A stretch of 56,247 nt of DNA from an uncultured Planctomycetia bacterium (GCA_964419995.1 CAYQRN010000002.1:1-56247), one strand, 5' to 3'; counted from the stretch's first letter, positions 8,428 through 17,836 are shown. A program made the numbers and translations. Notes: a model not told the origin generated them from the letters alone.

Positions 8428-10748
8428 GGATCCTCTTCGTCGTCCACGGCTATCCACCGGAGGGTGCCGGCGGCACCGAGATCCACGCGGCGACAGTCGC
8501 GAAGGCCCTCTCCGCCCGTCACGAGGTGGCCGTGTTCACACGCACGGCCGACCGGCAGGGCGACGAACACTCCCAGACGCGCGACACGGTGGACGGCATA
8601 CCGGTCCTTCGGGTGCGCTACCGCTTCGGCGATGTCGCGGCCTTCGGGGACATCTTCGTGAATGCCCGCATCGAGGCGGCTTTCGACCGGGAGCTCGACC
8701 GCTTCCGGCCCGACGTGGTCCACGTCCACCATCTCACGGGCCTCTCCACGACGATTCCGTCCCGCGCGCGCCTCCGGGGCATCCCGACGGTCCTCACGCT
8801 GCACGATTTCTGGCTCGGCTGTCCTCGAGGCCAGCGCATCACGGAGGATCTCTCCCTCTGCAGGACGCTCGATCGCTCCCGCTGTCTGCCGTGCCTCACG
8901 GCCCTCTGGCCCCACCTCCTCGGCGGCGCGACCCTGCGGGGGAGGCTCCGGACGCTCCTCGGGGGGGGCGAAGGAGGGCCGCTTCGCGACTACGACGCGC
9001 GGATCCGGGCCCTTCTGTCCGGAATCGATGCGTTCGTGACCCCGTCACGCTTCCACCGGGACCGCTACGTCGAACAGGGCGTCGATCTCCGGCGCGTCCG
9101 CGTGATCCCCCACGGTCTTCCCGGGCCCGCCGGTCCTCCCCGGTCCCTCCGCCCCGTCCGGGCCGTGGGCTACATCGGCACGGTCTTCCCGAGCAAGGGA
9201 GTCCACGTGCTCCTCGAGGCCATGAACCGCCTCGGCCGCCCCGACATCGCCCTGCGGATCCACGGCGAGGCCCCGAGTTTCCATGGCGATACGGGCTACC
9301 TCGACCGCCTGCGGCGGCTCGCGGGCCCCGGTCTCCACGTCGAGTTCACGGGGCGCTACGACCATGCCGCCGTGCCGGATCTCCTCGCGGCGCTCGACAT
9401 CCTGGTCGTTCCGTCCCTCTGGTGGGAGACCTTCGGTCTCACGATCCGCGAGGGCCTCCTCTCGGGCCTTCCCGTCGTCGCCTCGGACATCGGCGCGTTC
9501 CGCGAGGCTCTCGAGGACGGCTCGGGGCTGCTGTTCCGTCCGGGCGATCCCGACGACCTCGCAACCGTGCTCCGCCGGCTCATCGAGGATCCTTCGGAGC
9601 GGGCCCGCTTCCTGAATCGCGGCGATGCCGTGCGGTCGGTCGAGGAGAATGTCGCGGATCTCGAGTCCGTGTACGCCGCCGTGCTTCGGGGCGGGGCGCA
9701 GGTGTCCGCCCCCCGGGAGGCGGCGCCCCGTCCGGTCCCCGATCCCGATCTCGTCGCCCGCCGGGTCGCCCGAGGCATTCCGGAGTCGCCGCGCGTCACG
9801 GTCTTCATCCCCGCCTGGAACGGCGCGGACACCATCGAGGACGTTCTCCGCATGGTGCTCTCGCAGAAGACCGATTTCGACTTCGAGATCTCCGTCATCG
9901 ATTCGGGATCACGGGACGGAACCCTCGACGTCCTCGCGCGCTATCCCGTCCGTCTTGCGAGGATCCCGAACGAGGAGTTCGACCACGGCCTCACCCGGAA
10001 CCGGGGGATCCGGGAAGCCCGCGGGGACATCGTCGTCCTGCTCACCCAGGATGCCGTGCCCCTCGATGACCGGTGGCTGTCCCGCCTCGTCGGAGTCTTC
10101 GACGACCCGGCCGTCGTCGGCGCCTACTGCCATCAGGTGCCCCGGCCCGACTGCAGTCCCTGGATCCGCGATCGCCTCCGCGGATGGACCCGCGGGGACG
10201 GAGTCCCGGAGATCCGGACGCTTCCGCCGGAGGTCGCGTTCGAGTCGCTGTCGCCCGGCGAGCGCCTGCGCCTCGTGGCCTTCGACGACGTGGCGAGCGC
10301 GGTGCGCCGCTCCGTCGCGCTTCGGATCCCCTTCCCGAGACGTCGCTTCGGCGAGGACATCGCCTGGGGGCGAGCCGCCATCCTCGCGGGCGGGGCGCTG
10401 GCGATGGTGCCCGGGGCGGTCGTCATGCACTCGAACAACCGTTCGATCTGGTACGAGTTCCGCCGCATCATCCTCGATCATCGCAACCTCCACGACCTCG
10501 TCGGCCTCCATCAGGTGCCCACCCTGCGGCACGTGTTCGTCTTCAGTGCGCACGCGACGTTGCGACTCTCGGGAGTGGTCCTGCGCAGCGACCTTCCCCT
10601 GTCCGCACGGATCGGAGCCCTCCTCCGGACACCGTGGTTCGCGTTCACCCAGAACCTCGGTCAGTACCTCGGAGCGCGCGAGAACCTCCGGGAACAGGCC
10701 GGCCGCCGCCCGTCGCGCCTCCTCCGCAGGATCACGGGAGGCGTCTAG
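8424..10748 (+). CDS. bifunctional GT4 (N-terminal) / GT2 (C-terminal) glycosyltransferase
   Basis: The TTG start overlaps the upstream TGA (8424-8427). The N-terminal half shows '(M)RILFVVHGYPPEGAGGTEIH ... ILVVPSLWWETFGLTIREGLLSGLPVVASDIGAFREALEDGSGLLF'. The C-terminal half shows 'RVTVFIPAWNGADTIEDVLRMVLSQKTDFDFEISVIDSGSRDGT' and 'VVLLTQDAVPLDD'. Confidence 0.8.
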   Translation: MRILFVVHGYPPEGAGGTEIHAATVAKALSARHEVAVFTRTADRQGDEHSQTRDTVDGIPVLRVRYRFGDVAAFGDIFVNARIEAAFDRELDRFRPDVVHVHHLTGLSTTIPSRARLRGIPTVLTLHDFWLGCPRGQRITEDLSLCRTLDRSRCLPCLTALWPHLLGGATLRGRLRTLLGGGEGGPLRDYDARIRALLSGIDAFVTPSRFHRDRYVEQGVDLRRVRVIPHGLPGPAGPPRSLRPVRAVGYIGTVFPSKGVHVLLEAMNRLGRPDIALRIHGEAPSFHGDTGYLDRLRRLAGPGLHVEFTGRYDHAAVPDLLAALDILVVPSLWWETFGLTIREGLLSGLPVVASDIGAFREALEDGSGLLFRPGDPDDLATVLRRLIEDPSERARFLNRGDAVRSVEENVADLESVYAAVLRGGAQVSAPREAAPRPVPDPDLVARRVARGIPESPRVTVFIPAWNGADTIEDVLRMVLSQKTDFDFEISVIDSGSRDGTLDVLARYPVRLARIPNEEFDHGLTRNRGIREARGDIVVLLTQDAVPLDDRWLSRLVGVFDDPAVVGAYCHQVPRPDCSPWIRDRLRGWTRGDGVPEIRTLPPEVAFESLSPGERLRLVAFDDVASAVRRSVALRIPFPRRRFGEDIAWGRAAILAGGALAMVPGAVVMHSNNRSIWYEFRRIILDHRNLHDLVGLHQVPTLRHVFVFSAHATLRLSGVVLRSDLPLSARIGALLRTPWFAFTQNLGQYLGARENLREQAGRRPSRLLRRITGGV

Positions 10749-11999
10749 GTGCGGATCCTCCACGTCGTGCATGCCTATCCGCCCGCCGGGATCGGAGGGG
10801 TCGAAGTGCTCACCGAGGGCCTCGTCCGGAGCCAGACGGCCGCGGGACACGAGGTCGCCGTGTTCGCACGACGCCGCGATCCGACGCGGCTCGACGACAG
10901 CATCCAGGAGGACGGCGCGGTCACCTGGTGGAACGACACGGGACGCTGCCGGACACGCTTTCGGGACCTGTGGAGGAACCCTGCCGCCGCCCTGCGCCTT
11001 CACGATACGGTGGCCCGCTTCCGTCCGGAGATCATCCACGTCGGGCACTTCGCCCGTGTCGGACTCGATCTCCTCGGATCGGCGCGAGTCCCGGTCGTTG
11101 TCTCCGTCCACGACTTCGACCTCGGCTGTCCGCGGGGCCAGCGGCTCCGGCCCGATCTCGGGGTCTGCGAGACGGTGGACAGGCGCCGCTGCGCCCGCTG
11201 CGTCCGTCCTCACTGGAAGGAGCTGCTCCGCGCACCGGGGCGGCTCCGGACCCTCGCCGCGCTCCTCCGGGGCGGACACGGGCTCTCGCTCTTCCGCGAG
11301 TACGATGAGGAGGTGCGGAGCCTGCTCGACCGGGCGGCGGCCCTCGTCTTCCCTTCCGCCTCGCACGCCGGGCGCTTCGCGAACTACTACGACGCCGGGC
11401 CGCGGGCCCACGTCATCCGGAACGGCATTCCGCCGAGGGATGCTCCGCGGCGGTCGGAGCCCGGCGGCAAGTTCCGCGCGGGCTACGTGGGCGCTCTCAC
11501 GCGCTCGAAGGGTGTCCGGATCGCGGCGGAGGCCGTGAAGCGTCTGCGGGGCGTCACCCTCGACGTGTTCGGCGACGGGCCTCTCCGGGGCGCGCTCGCG
11601 CGGCAGGGGTCGCCGATCCTGTGCCACGGCGCCGTCCCCCACGACGAGATCGGCCGCGCGATGGACGGCCTCCACGTCCTCCTGGCGCCGTCTCTCTGGC
11701 ACGAGGCCTTCGGACTCTCCGTGGCGGAGGCCCGGCGGGACGGACTCCCCGTCATCGCTTCACGGATGGGCGCGCCCGCCGAGATCCTCAAGGAGGAGGA
11801 GGACGGTCTCCTCGTTCCTGCAGGCGACGTCGCCGCTCTGGCCAGGGCCGTGGCCCGGCTCCGGGACGACCGGGAACTGTGGCGGCGCGCCGCCCGTACG
11901 CGCCCGCAGCGCACGCTCGAGGAGATGGCCGGGGAGCTCGGAGATCTCTACGACAGGGTCCTCGCGGAAGCTCACCGGCCCGGCGTCGCGTTAGACTGA
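10749..11999 (+). CDS. family 4 glycosyltransferase with a Cys4 insertion
   Basis: The GTG start comes immediately after the upstream TAG. Motifs are '(M)RILHVVHAYPPAGIGGVEVL', 'HDFDLGCPRGQRLRPDLGVCETVDRRRCARC' and 'VLLAPSLWHEAFGLSVAEARRDGLPVIASRMGAPAEILKEEEDGLLVPAGD'. Confidence 0.85.
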   Translation: MRILHVVHAYPPAGIGGVEVLTEGLVRSQTAAGHEVAVFARRRDPTRLDDSIQEDGAVTWWNDTGRCRTRFRDLWRNPAAALRLHDTVARFRPEIIHVGHFARVGLDLLGSARVPVVVSVHDFDLGCPRGQRLRPDLGVCETVDRRRCARCVRPHWKELLRAPGRLRTLAALLRGGHGLSLFREYDEEVRSLLDRAAALVFPSASHAGRFANYYDAGPRAHVIRNGIPPRDAPRRSEPGGKFRAGYVGALTRSKGVRIAAEAVKRLRGVTLDVFGDGPLRGALARQGSPILCHGAVPHDEIGRAMDGLHVLLAPSLWHEAFGLSVAEARRDGLPVIASRMGAPAEILKEEEDGLLVPAGDVAALARAVARLRDDRELWRRAARTRPQRTLEEMAGELGDLYDRVLAEAHRPGVALD

Positions 12000-14162
12000 A
12001 TGGTGCCGGCTTCAGGAATGGCAGCATGGGGCGCTCCACGCCCGGCGGCGGCGGTCGCGGCCCTCATCCTCGCGGGCGTGTTCACCGTCCCGGTGATGGC
12101 GCAGGACCGCCGCGTCATCGTCCTCGGCTTCGATGGCGCGGACCCGGCCCGCATCGAGGCGTGGCGCCGCGAAGGCGTGCTTCCGGGCCTTCAGGGCCTT
12201 GCCGCAGATGGCTGTCTCATGCCGCTCAGGACCACGAATCCGGCCGAGTCGCCGGTCGCCTGGTCCACGATGATCACGGGAATGAACCCGGGCAGGACCG
12301 GTATCTACGACTTCCTGCGGCGCGAGCCCACGGCGGAGGGGGTGCGGGCGGAGCTTGCGCTCACCGAGGTCGCGCGGCGGACCTTCCTTCTCGGCGGACC
12401 GCTCCGGTGGATCGCGGGCCTCCTCACGGCGCTCGTCCTCGCGAGCGCTGTCTTCGTCCTGCGGAGGCGCCGGTCGCGCGGACGGGCGGCCGCCGCGGCC
12501 GCGACCATGTTCGTTCTGGGAAGCGTCGCCACGGCGATCCTCGCCTGCGGGATCCCCGCGGAGCTTCCGGAGCTGCGGAACCTCCGTGGCGGCGAGCCCT
12601 TCTGGAAGACGGCGGACCGCGCCGGCATCCGATCCACTGTTCTCTTCGCGCCCTGCGACTTCCCGGCGACGCCGCTCCGGAACGGACAGTGCCTGTCGGG
12701 GCTCGGGGTTCCCGACGCCGCGGGGACCTTCGGGCTCTGGGCGCTCTACACGAACGAGACCCTGAACCGGACGACGACCGAGACCGGCGGGCGGCTCGTC
12801 CACGTTCCCTGGCCGCAGGGCGGCGGCGCGTCGGTTCCCGTCGAGGGGCCCCGGGACCCCTTCGCTGACGGGCGGACGGACGCGCGGCTTGCCGCGGACG
12901 TCCATCTCGAGGCGGACGCCGAAGGCCCGGGCGCGGTCCTGTCGTCCGGGGGCCACCGCACGGGTATCGCCGCGGGCGGATGGAGCGGCGATGTGCCGCT
13001 CCGCTTCTCCGCGGGGCTCCTGCCCTCCGTCCGCGCCGTGGCGCGGTTCCGCGCGCTGGACCTCGGCGCGCGCCTCCGGCTCTACCTCGACCCGCCCTTC
13101 CTCGATCCGCGGGATCCGCCGCGGGTGGTCCCCCTCTCGGAGCCGCCGGAGTTCGTCTCCGAGCTGGCCGCCCGCCACGGCGTGTTCGAGACGACGGGGT
13201 GGGCCTGCGCGACGAGCGCTCTCAAGGACGGCGCCATCGACGATGCGACGTTCCTCGAGGATGCCTGGCGGGTGTTCGCGGAGCAGGAATCCGTCGTCAT
13301 GGGATCTCTTGCGCGGGGGGACTTCGGCGTCTTCTTCGCCGTGTTCAGCCTCCTCGACCGCGTCCAGCACATGCTCGAGCGCCATGCAGATCCGGAACAC
13401 CCGGCCCACGATCCGGCGGAGGCGGCCGCCCGCGCGGGCGAGATCCGGCGGGCCTACGAGGCCATGGACCGCGTGGTCGCGCGGATCCTGCGGGAGCATG
13501 TCCGGGAGAACGACCTCCTCATCGTTCTTTCGGACCACGGTTCCGCGCCCTTCCGCCACGCGGTGAGCCTCAACGCTTTCCTCGCGGAGCAGGGTTATCT
13601 CGTTCTCGCGCGCCCCGCGGGTCCGCGGGACCTGCGCCGCCACCTCGGGGACTCCGATCTCCTCGCCGAGGCGGATCTCGCACGGACGCGCGCCCACGCC
13701 TTCGGGCTCGGCCAGATCTGGCTTCACCGCCGGGATCGGGATCCCCACGGCATCGTGGGCGAGGCGGAGCGTCCGGCCCTCCTCGCGGAGATCCGTGACC
13801 GCCTCCTGTCGCTGCGGCACGAGGGCCGCTCCGTGGTCCGGAGCGCCACGCCGGGCGGGACGCTCTATCCTCACGGCGACCCCCTGCGGATCCCCGATCT
13901 CGTCGTGGGCTTCGAACGGGGCTTCCGGGTCTCATGGCAGTGCTGCCTCGGAGGTTCCGCGGAACCCCTCCTCGCACCCAACCTCTCGTCCTGGTCCGGA
14001 GACCACTGTTCCGTGGATCCTGGCCTCGTCCCCGGGTTCATCGGCGCCAACCGGCCGCTCCGGGTGGGCGCCGCGATCGAGGACGTCGCTCCGACGATCC
14101 TGGCTCATCTCGGCGTCGCTCCTCCGGCCGACGTGGACGGAACGTCCCTGCTTCCGCCGTGA
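12000..14162 (+). CDS. alkaline-phosphatase-superfamily enzyme (type I phosphodiesterase / nucleotide pyrophosphatase-like) with a signal anchor and an inserted TM hairpin
   Basis: The ATG directly abuts the upstream TGA. 'VIVLGFDGADPARIE ... TTNPAESPVAWSTMITGMNPGRTGIYDF' is the metal/nucleophile region of the family and 'LIVLSDHGSAP' the distal metal site. The signal-like stretch is 'AAVAALILAGVFTVPVMAQD'. Two hydrophobic helices fall at about aa 130-190. Confidence 0.75.
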   Translation: MVPASGMAAWGAPRPAAAVAALILAGVFTVPVMAQDRRVIVLGFDGADPARIEAWRREGVLPGLQGLAADGCLMPLRTTNPAESPVAWSTMITGMNPGRTGIYDFLRREPTAEGVRAELALTEVARRTFLLGGPLRWIAGLLTALVLASAVFVLRRRRSRGRAAAAAATMFVLGSVATAILACGIPAELPELRNLRGGEPFWKTADRAGIRSTVLFAPCDFPATPLRNGQCLSGLGVPDAAGTFGLWALYTNETLNRTTTETGGRLVHVPWPQGGGASVPVEGPRDPFADGRTDARLAADVHLEADAEGPGAVLSSGGHRTGIAAGGWSGDVPLRFSAGLLPSVRAVARFRALDLGARLRLYLDPPFLDPRDPPRVVPLSEPPEFVSELAARHGVFETTGWACATSALKDGAIDDATFLEDAWRVFAEQESVVMGSLARGDFGVFFAVFSLLDRVQHMLERHADPEHPAHDPAEAAARAGEIRRAYEAMDRVVARILREHVRENDLLIVLSDHGSAPFRHAVSLNAFLAEQGYLVLARPAGPRDLRRHLGDSDLLAEADLARTRAHAFGLGQIWLHRRDRDPHGIVGEAERPALLAEIRDRLLSLRHEGRSVVRSATPGGTLYPHGDPLRIPDLVVGFERGFRVSWQCCLGGSAEPLLAPNLSSWSGDHCSVDPGLVPGFIGANRPLRVGAAIEDVAPTILAHLGVAPPADVDGTSLLPP

Positions 14163-14240
14163 GCCCGCACATGAGGGGAGGCGCTGCGGCATGACGATGG
14201 CCGCCGGGAATCGGGGCTCGGCGACGGCCGGAGCGCACGC

Positions 14241-15167
14241 GTGATCCACACGACGATCCGCCTCACCCGCCCCTTTACCCTCCTGCCACCTCTGCTCGGC
14301 ATGCTCTCGGGCTCTGCGGCCGCGCTCGGCGCCGGCGTGCGGGTCGAGTCGTGGTCGCTCGCCGCCGTCCGCATCGGCCTCGGGGCCCTCATGGCCGCCA
14401 CGCTCAACGCCGCCTCGAACGTCCTGAACCAGATCCATGACGTGGCGCTCGACCGCGTGAACAAGCCCACGCGGCCGCTGTCGTCCGGCGCCTTCCCGAT
14501 TCCGGCGGCGCGATTCCTGACCGCCGTGTTCTACGGGGCGGCTGCGGTGATGGCGTATTTCGTGGCGCCGGGCGGGAGCCGCGAGTGCTTCGCAATCGTC
14601 CTCGTGACGTGCGTCCTCACGTGGGCCTATTCGGCGCCGCCGCTCCGCCTGCGCCGCAACGGCTTCATCGCGAACGCAACGATAGCCCTGCCGCGGGGCA
14701 TGCTCCTCAAGGTGGCGGGCTGGTCCGCCGTGGCTCCCGTCTTCTCCGATCTCGAGCCCTGGTACATCGGCGCGATCTTCATGCTCTTCCTTCTCGGCGC
14801 GTCCACGACGAAGGACTTCTCCGACATGAGCGGCGATTCTCTCCACGGCGTGCGGACGCTTCCCGTGATCTTCGGAGTGGAACGGACCGCGCGAGGCATC
14901 GGTCCGTTCTTCTCCCTGCCCTGGCTCCTCCTCGGGGCCGGCGTCCTGATTCCGCACCCCGTGCGGAGCGGACCGCTCCTGCGGGCGGCGATCCTGCCGG
15001 CGCTCGTGCTCACGGGGATCCTCTTCGCCCATGGCCGACTCATCGCGCGGCTCCTCCTCCGGGATCCGGCCTCTCTGGCTGGTGGCGGCAACCATCCGGC
15101 CTGGACCCAGATGTACCTCCAGATGATGATTGCGCAGGTGGGCGTCGCGCTCTGCTACTGGCTCTGA
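14241..15167 (+). CDS. UbiA-family prenyl/polyprenyl-phosphate transferase (polytopic membrane protein)
   Basis: 'NAASNVLNQIHDVALDRVNKPTRPLSSG' matches the N-x3-D-x3-D plus 'N-x-P-x-RP-L-x-SG' first UbiA motif. A second Asp-rich patch is 'KDFSDMSGDSLHGVRTLP'. There are roughly 8 hydrophobic helices. Confidence 0.8.
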   Translation: MIHTTIRLTRPFTLLPPLLGMLSGSAAALGAGVRVESWSLAAVRIGLGALMAATLNAASNVLNQIHDVALDRVNKPTRPLSSGAFPIPAARFLTAVFYGAAAVMAYFVAPGGSRECFAIVLVTCVLTWAYSAPPLRLRRNGFIANATIALPRGMLLKVAGWSAVAPVFSDLEPWYIGAIFMLFLLGASTTKDFSDMSGDSLHGVRTLPVIFGVERTARGIGPFFSLPWLLLGAGVLIPHPVRSGPLLRAAILPALVLTGILFAHGRLIARLLLRDPASLAGGGNHPAWTQMYLQMMIAQVGVALCYWL

Positions 15168-16963
15168 TCCCGGGCGATCCGGAGGCGGTGCGGGCGCGAA
15201 AGGACGAGCTCGCCGCGGGCGTTGCGTGCTCCGACGAGCCAGAGGGCGGGGCGGCCGTCGAGGTCGAGGTCCTCGAGGCGGACTCCGGGCTCCGCGCCGC
15301 GGATGGCGAGCCGCGCCCGGAGTACCCGGGAGCCGGCTTCCGACTCCTCCGTTTCCACCTGCTGCTCGAAATCCGGCCGTGCGAAGCTCGCCCCCGCGGC
15401 GAGGAGGCAGAAGAGGAAGGGCGAGCCTGCCGCCGGGCCGGCCGCGAACCCGAACACCGGCTCCCGATCCGGCCCCACGTGTACCGTGATTCCGTCCTCC
15501 GGCGTGAGGAGCCGGATCGGCGGATCGGGATCGCGGCGGGCCATGGGGATGAGAGTGCGGAGCTCGCGACCGGGAGATGGCCCCGCGCCATCCGGGCGCG
15601 GAGCCGGGATCCAATGGAGAACGGCGAGATGACCGTCGCTCGCCGCGAGGAGCCTGAAGAGACTCTCGTGGTCTGATTCGGAACGGACCTCGATCCGGAA
15701 GTCCTGGGATGCCGCGAAGGGCGGGGAGAGGGCGGCGGCCAGGGCCGAAGGGGGAACCCGGCGGAGGCCCGACGGTGCGTCCGAAGCGATGACGAGCAGG
15801 GTGCGGGTGCCGGCGCGGGACGTGGCGTCTAGAGCGGGCAGGTCGAACTGCCGGACGAGGGCCGTGAGGTCGAGGTGGGCCGGGATCCAGTTGCCGGCTG
15901 CTCGGAGCGCGAGGTGCGTGCTCGAGACGAGAGCGAGAAGGGCGGCCGAGGAGGCGATGGCTCCGGCCGTGTCCGGCGCGAGGGTGCGGGCCAGGGACCG
16001 TCCGGCGGCGAGGCAGATGGGCAGCCAGAGCAGAGGCAGGGCGGCAGCCACGCCGGCCGCGGAAGCGGGAAGGAGGAGCAGAGCCGGCGTCGACGCGAGG
16101 GCGGCGATGAGGATGGCGGACCTCGAGACCGCAGCGGGGTGGCGGAGACGGGCGCGGAGCGCCGATGCGAGGAGAACGGCGAGGGCGGCGGCGAGGCACG
16201 CCAGGGAGCGGAGAGGGGGGGTGGCACCGGAGTCCGGGGATGCGAAGCCCAGGAAGTCGGCGAAGGCGGCATCGGGCAGGCCGCATGCGATGGGGGTCCC
16301 GGGGGGGCGCAGCGGCAGGTCGGAGACCCCGCGCAATGCCACGCCGGCGGCCGTCGTGAGAACGGGAACGACGAGAACACGGCGTCGCACGCCGGAGGGC
16401 GCGGGGATCGCGGCGACGAGGGGAAGGAGGATCGCCGCGGGATGGGCGAGGCCCGCCGCGAAGCAGAGCGCAGCGGCGATGCTCCGGCCCGTGGCGCCCG
16501 TGGGTCGCGCCGCGAGGAGGCTGGCCGCCGCTCCGGCAGCGAGGGCGGCGAGGATCGCCGGCCGGCCGGCGACCGTCGCGATGGGGAGGACCGCCGCCGG
16601 CGACAGGGCGTAGAGCGCCCCTGCGAAAAGGCCGCCGGTGGTGGCGGCGCGCGTGCCCTGTCCTGCCAGGGCCGCGAAGATCGCGGCCGCGGCGAGGCCG
16701 ACCAGGAGTCTCGAGAGCGTCCGATGCCGGCTCGGGTCGAGTCCGGACCGAGGGAGATCCGCCCGGAGGACGGCGTCGGCGGCGAGGCTCGTCGAACCGA
16801 CGGGATCGCCTCTGAGCATGCCGGAGAGGAGGGGGATGTCGCCGGCGGCGAAGCCCGTGCCGTCGAGAGCTGCGGAGACGAGCCAGGGGAGGAGCACGAG
16901 CAGGACGGCTAGGGCGGCGCGAGCGATGCCCGGAATCGTCCGTGTTGGCGTCATTCGGTTCAT
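15155..16963 (-). CDS. polytopic Ala/Leu-rich membrane protein with a roughly 230-aa C-terminal soluble domain (possible GT-C-like or ligase-like; unassigned)
   Basis: ATG at 16963 ('MNRMTPTRTIPGIARAALAVLLVLLPWLV'). The 728-aa track ORF extends upstream into the divergent peptidase gene and was trimmed. There are at least 8 hydrophobic segments and then a hydrophilic tail. The alternative frames here are Gly/Arg/Glu shadow ORFs. Confidence 0.55.
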   Translation of the reverse strand: MNRMTPTRTIPGIARAALAVLLVLLPWLVSAALDGTGFAAGDIPLLSGMLRGDPVGSTSLAADAVLRADLPRSGLDPSRHRTLSRLLVGLAAAAIFAALAGQGTRAATTGGLFAGALYALSPAAVLPIATVAGRPAILAALAAGAAASLLAARPTGATGRSIAAALCFAAGLAHPAAILLPLVAAIPAPSGVRRRVLVVPVLTTAAGVALRGVSDLPLRPPGTPIACGLPDAAFADFLGFASPDSGATPPLRSLACLAAALAVLLASALRARLRHPAAVSRSAILIAALASTPALLLLPASAAGVAAALPLLWLPICLAAGRSLARTLAPDTAGAIASSAALLALVSSTHLALRAAGNWIPAHLDLTALVRQFDLPALDATSRAGTRTLLVIASDAPSGLRRVPPSALAAALSPPFAASQDFRIEVRSESDHESLFRLLAASDGHLAVLHWIPAPRPDGAGPSPGRELRTLIPMARRDPDPPIRLLTPEDGITVHVGPDREPVFGFAAGPAAGSPFLFCLLAAGASFARPDFEQQVETEESEAGSRVLRARLAIRGAEPGVRLEDLDLDGRPALWLVGARNARGELVLSRPHRLRIARDQSQ

Positions 16964-17125
16964 GCCGTGAGGAAGCCCTCTGGCGCCGGGCAGGCCATTC
17001 GACTTCGAAGCCGCGGTGCTTCGATCGTATCTATCGGTGACACTTCGGGTCCCGAGAGATCCGGCTCGGGGCGATGTTACGATCCCGGAGCGTCCGGAAC
17101 GGGAGTTTCTGCGGAGGTTTCGTCG

Positions 17126-17836
17126 ATGTGGCTCTTCGATCCCCTCTATATCCTGCTGCTCGGGCCGTGCCTCATCCTGTCCGCCTGGGCCACGTTCAGG
17201 GTGAAGTCCGTCTTCCACCGCTACGCGTCCGCGGGAACGCGCTCGGGGATCTCCGGCGCCGAGGTGGCGCGGCGGATCCTCTCGGACAATGGCATCAGCG
17301 ACGTGAGCGTCGAGCCGGTCCGGGGTTTCCTCTCGGACCACTATGACCCCCGATCGAAGACGCTCAGGCTGTCACCCGACGTCTACGAGGGCCGTTCGAT
17401 GTCCGCCCTGGGCGTGGCTGCCCACGAGGTCGGCCACGCGGTCCAGCATGCCACGGGCTACGCGCCGCTCAGGTTCCGGTCGGCCATCGTTCCGCTGGCC
17501 AGCGTCGGATCGAATCTCTCCTGGATCCTGTTCGTCATCGGTATGGCCGTCTCGGCGGCCTCGCCGCTCGGTCGCGGGATGATGATCGCGGGGATTGCGC
17601 TCTTCAGTCTCGCGGTCCTGTTCACGCTCGTGACGCTTCCGGTCGAGTTCGATGCCAGCCGCCGGGCGGTCGTGGCGCTCGAGGGGGGCGGCTACATGTC
17701 GTCGGACGAGGTGGATGGCGCCCGCCGCGTCCTCAGCGCCGCCGCGCTCACGTACGTGGCTGCTGCGATCACGGCCGTGGCCCAGCTCCTCTATCTGCTG
17801 CTCCGAAGCGGTCTTCTCGGCCGGAACGACGAGTGA
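17126..17836 (+). CDS. YugP-type putative neutral zinc metallopeptidase (membrane)
   Basis: The ATG at 17126 follows GGAGG (17113-17117). Motifs are 'MWLFDPLYILLLGPCLILSAWATFRVKSVFHRY', 'EPVRGFLSDHYDPRSKTLRLS' and the zinc motif 'VAAHEVGHAVQH'. Two C-terminal TM helices follow. Confidence 0.85.
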   Translation: MWLFDPLYILLLGPCLILSAWATFRVKSVFHRYASAGTRSGISGAEVARRILSDNGISDVSVEPVRGFLSDHYDPRSKTLRLSPDVYEGRSMSALGVAAHEVGHAVQHATGYAPLRFRSAIVPLASVGSNLSWILFVIGMAVSAASPLGRGMMIAGIALFSLAVLFTLVTLPVEFDASRRAVVALEGGGYMSSDEVDGARRVLSAAALTYVAAAITAVAQLLYLLLRSGLLGRNDE

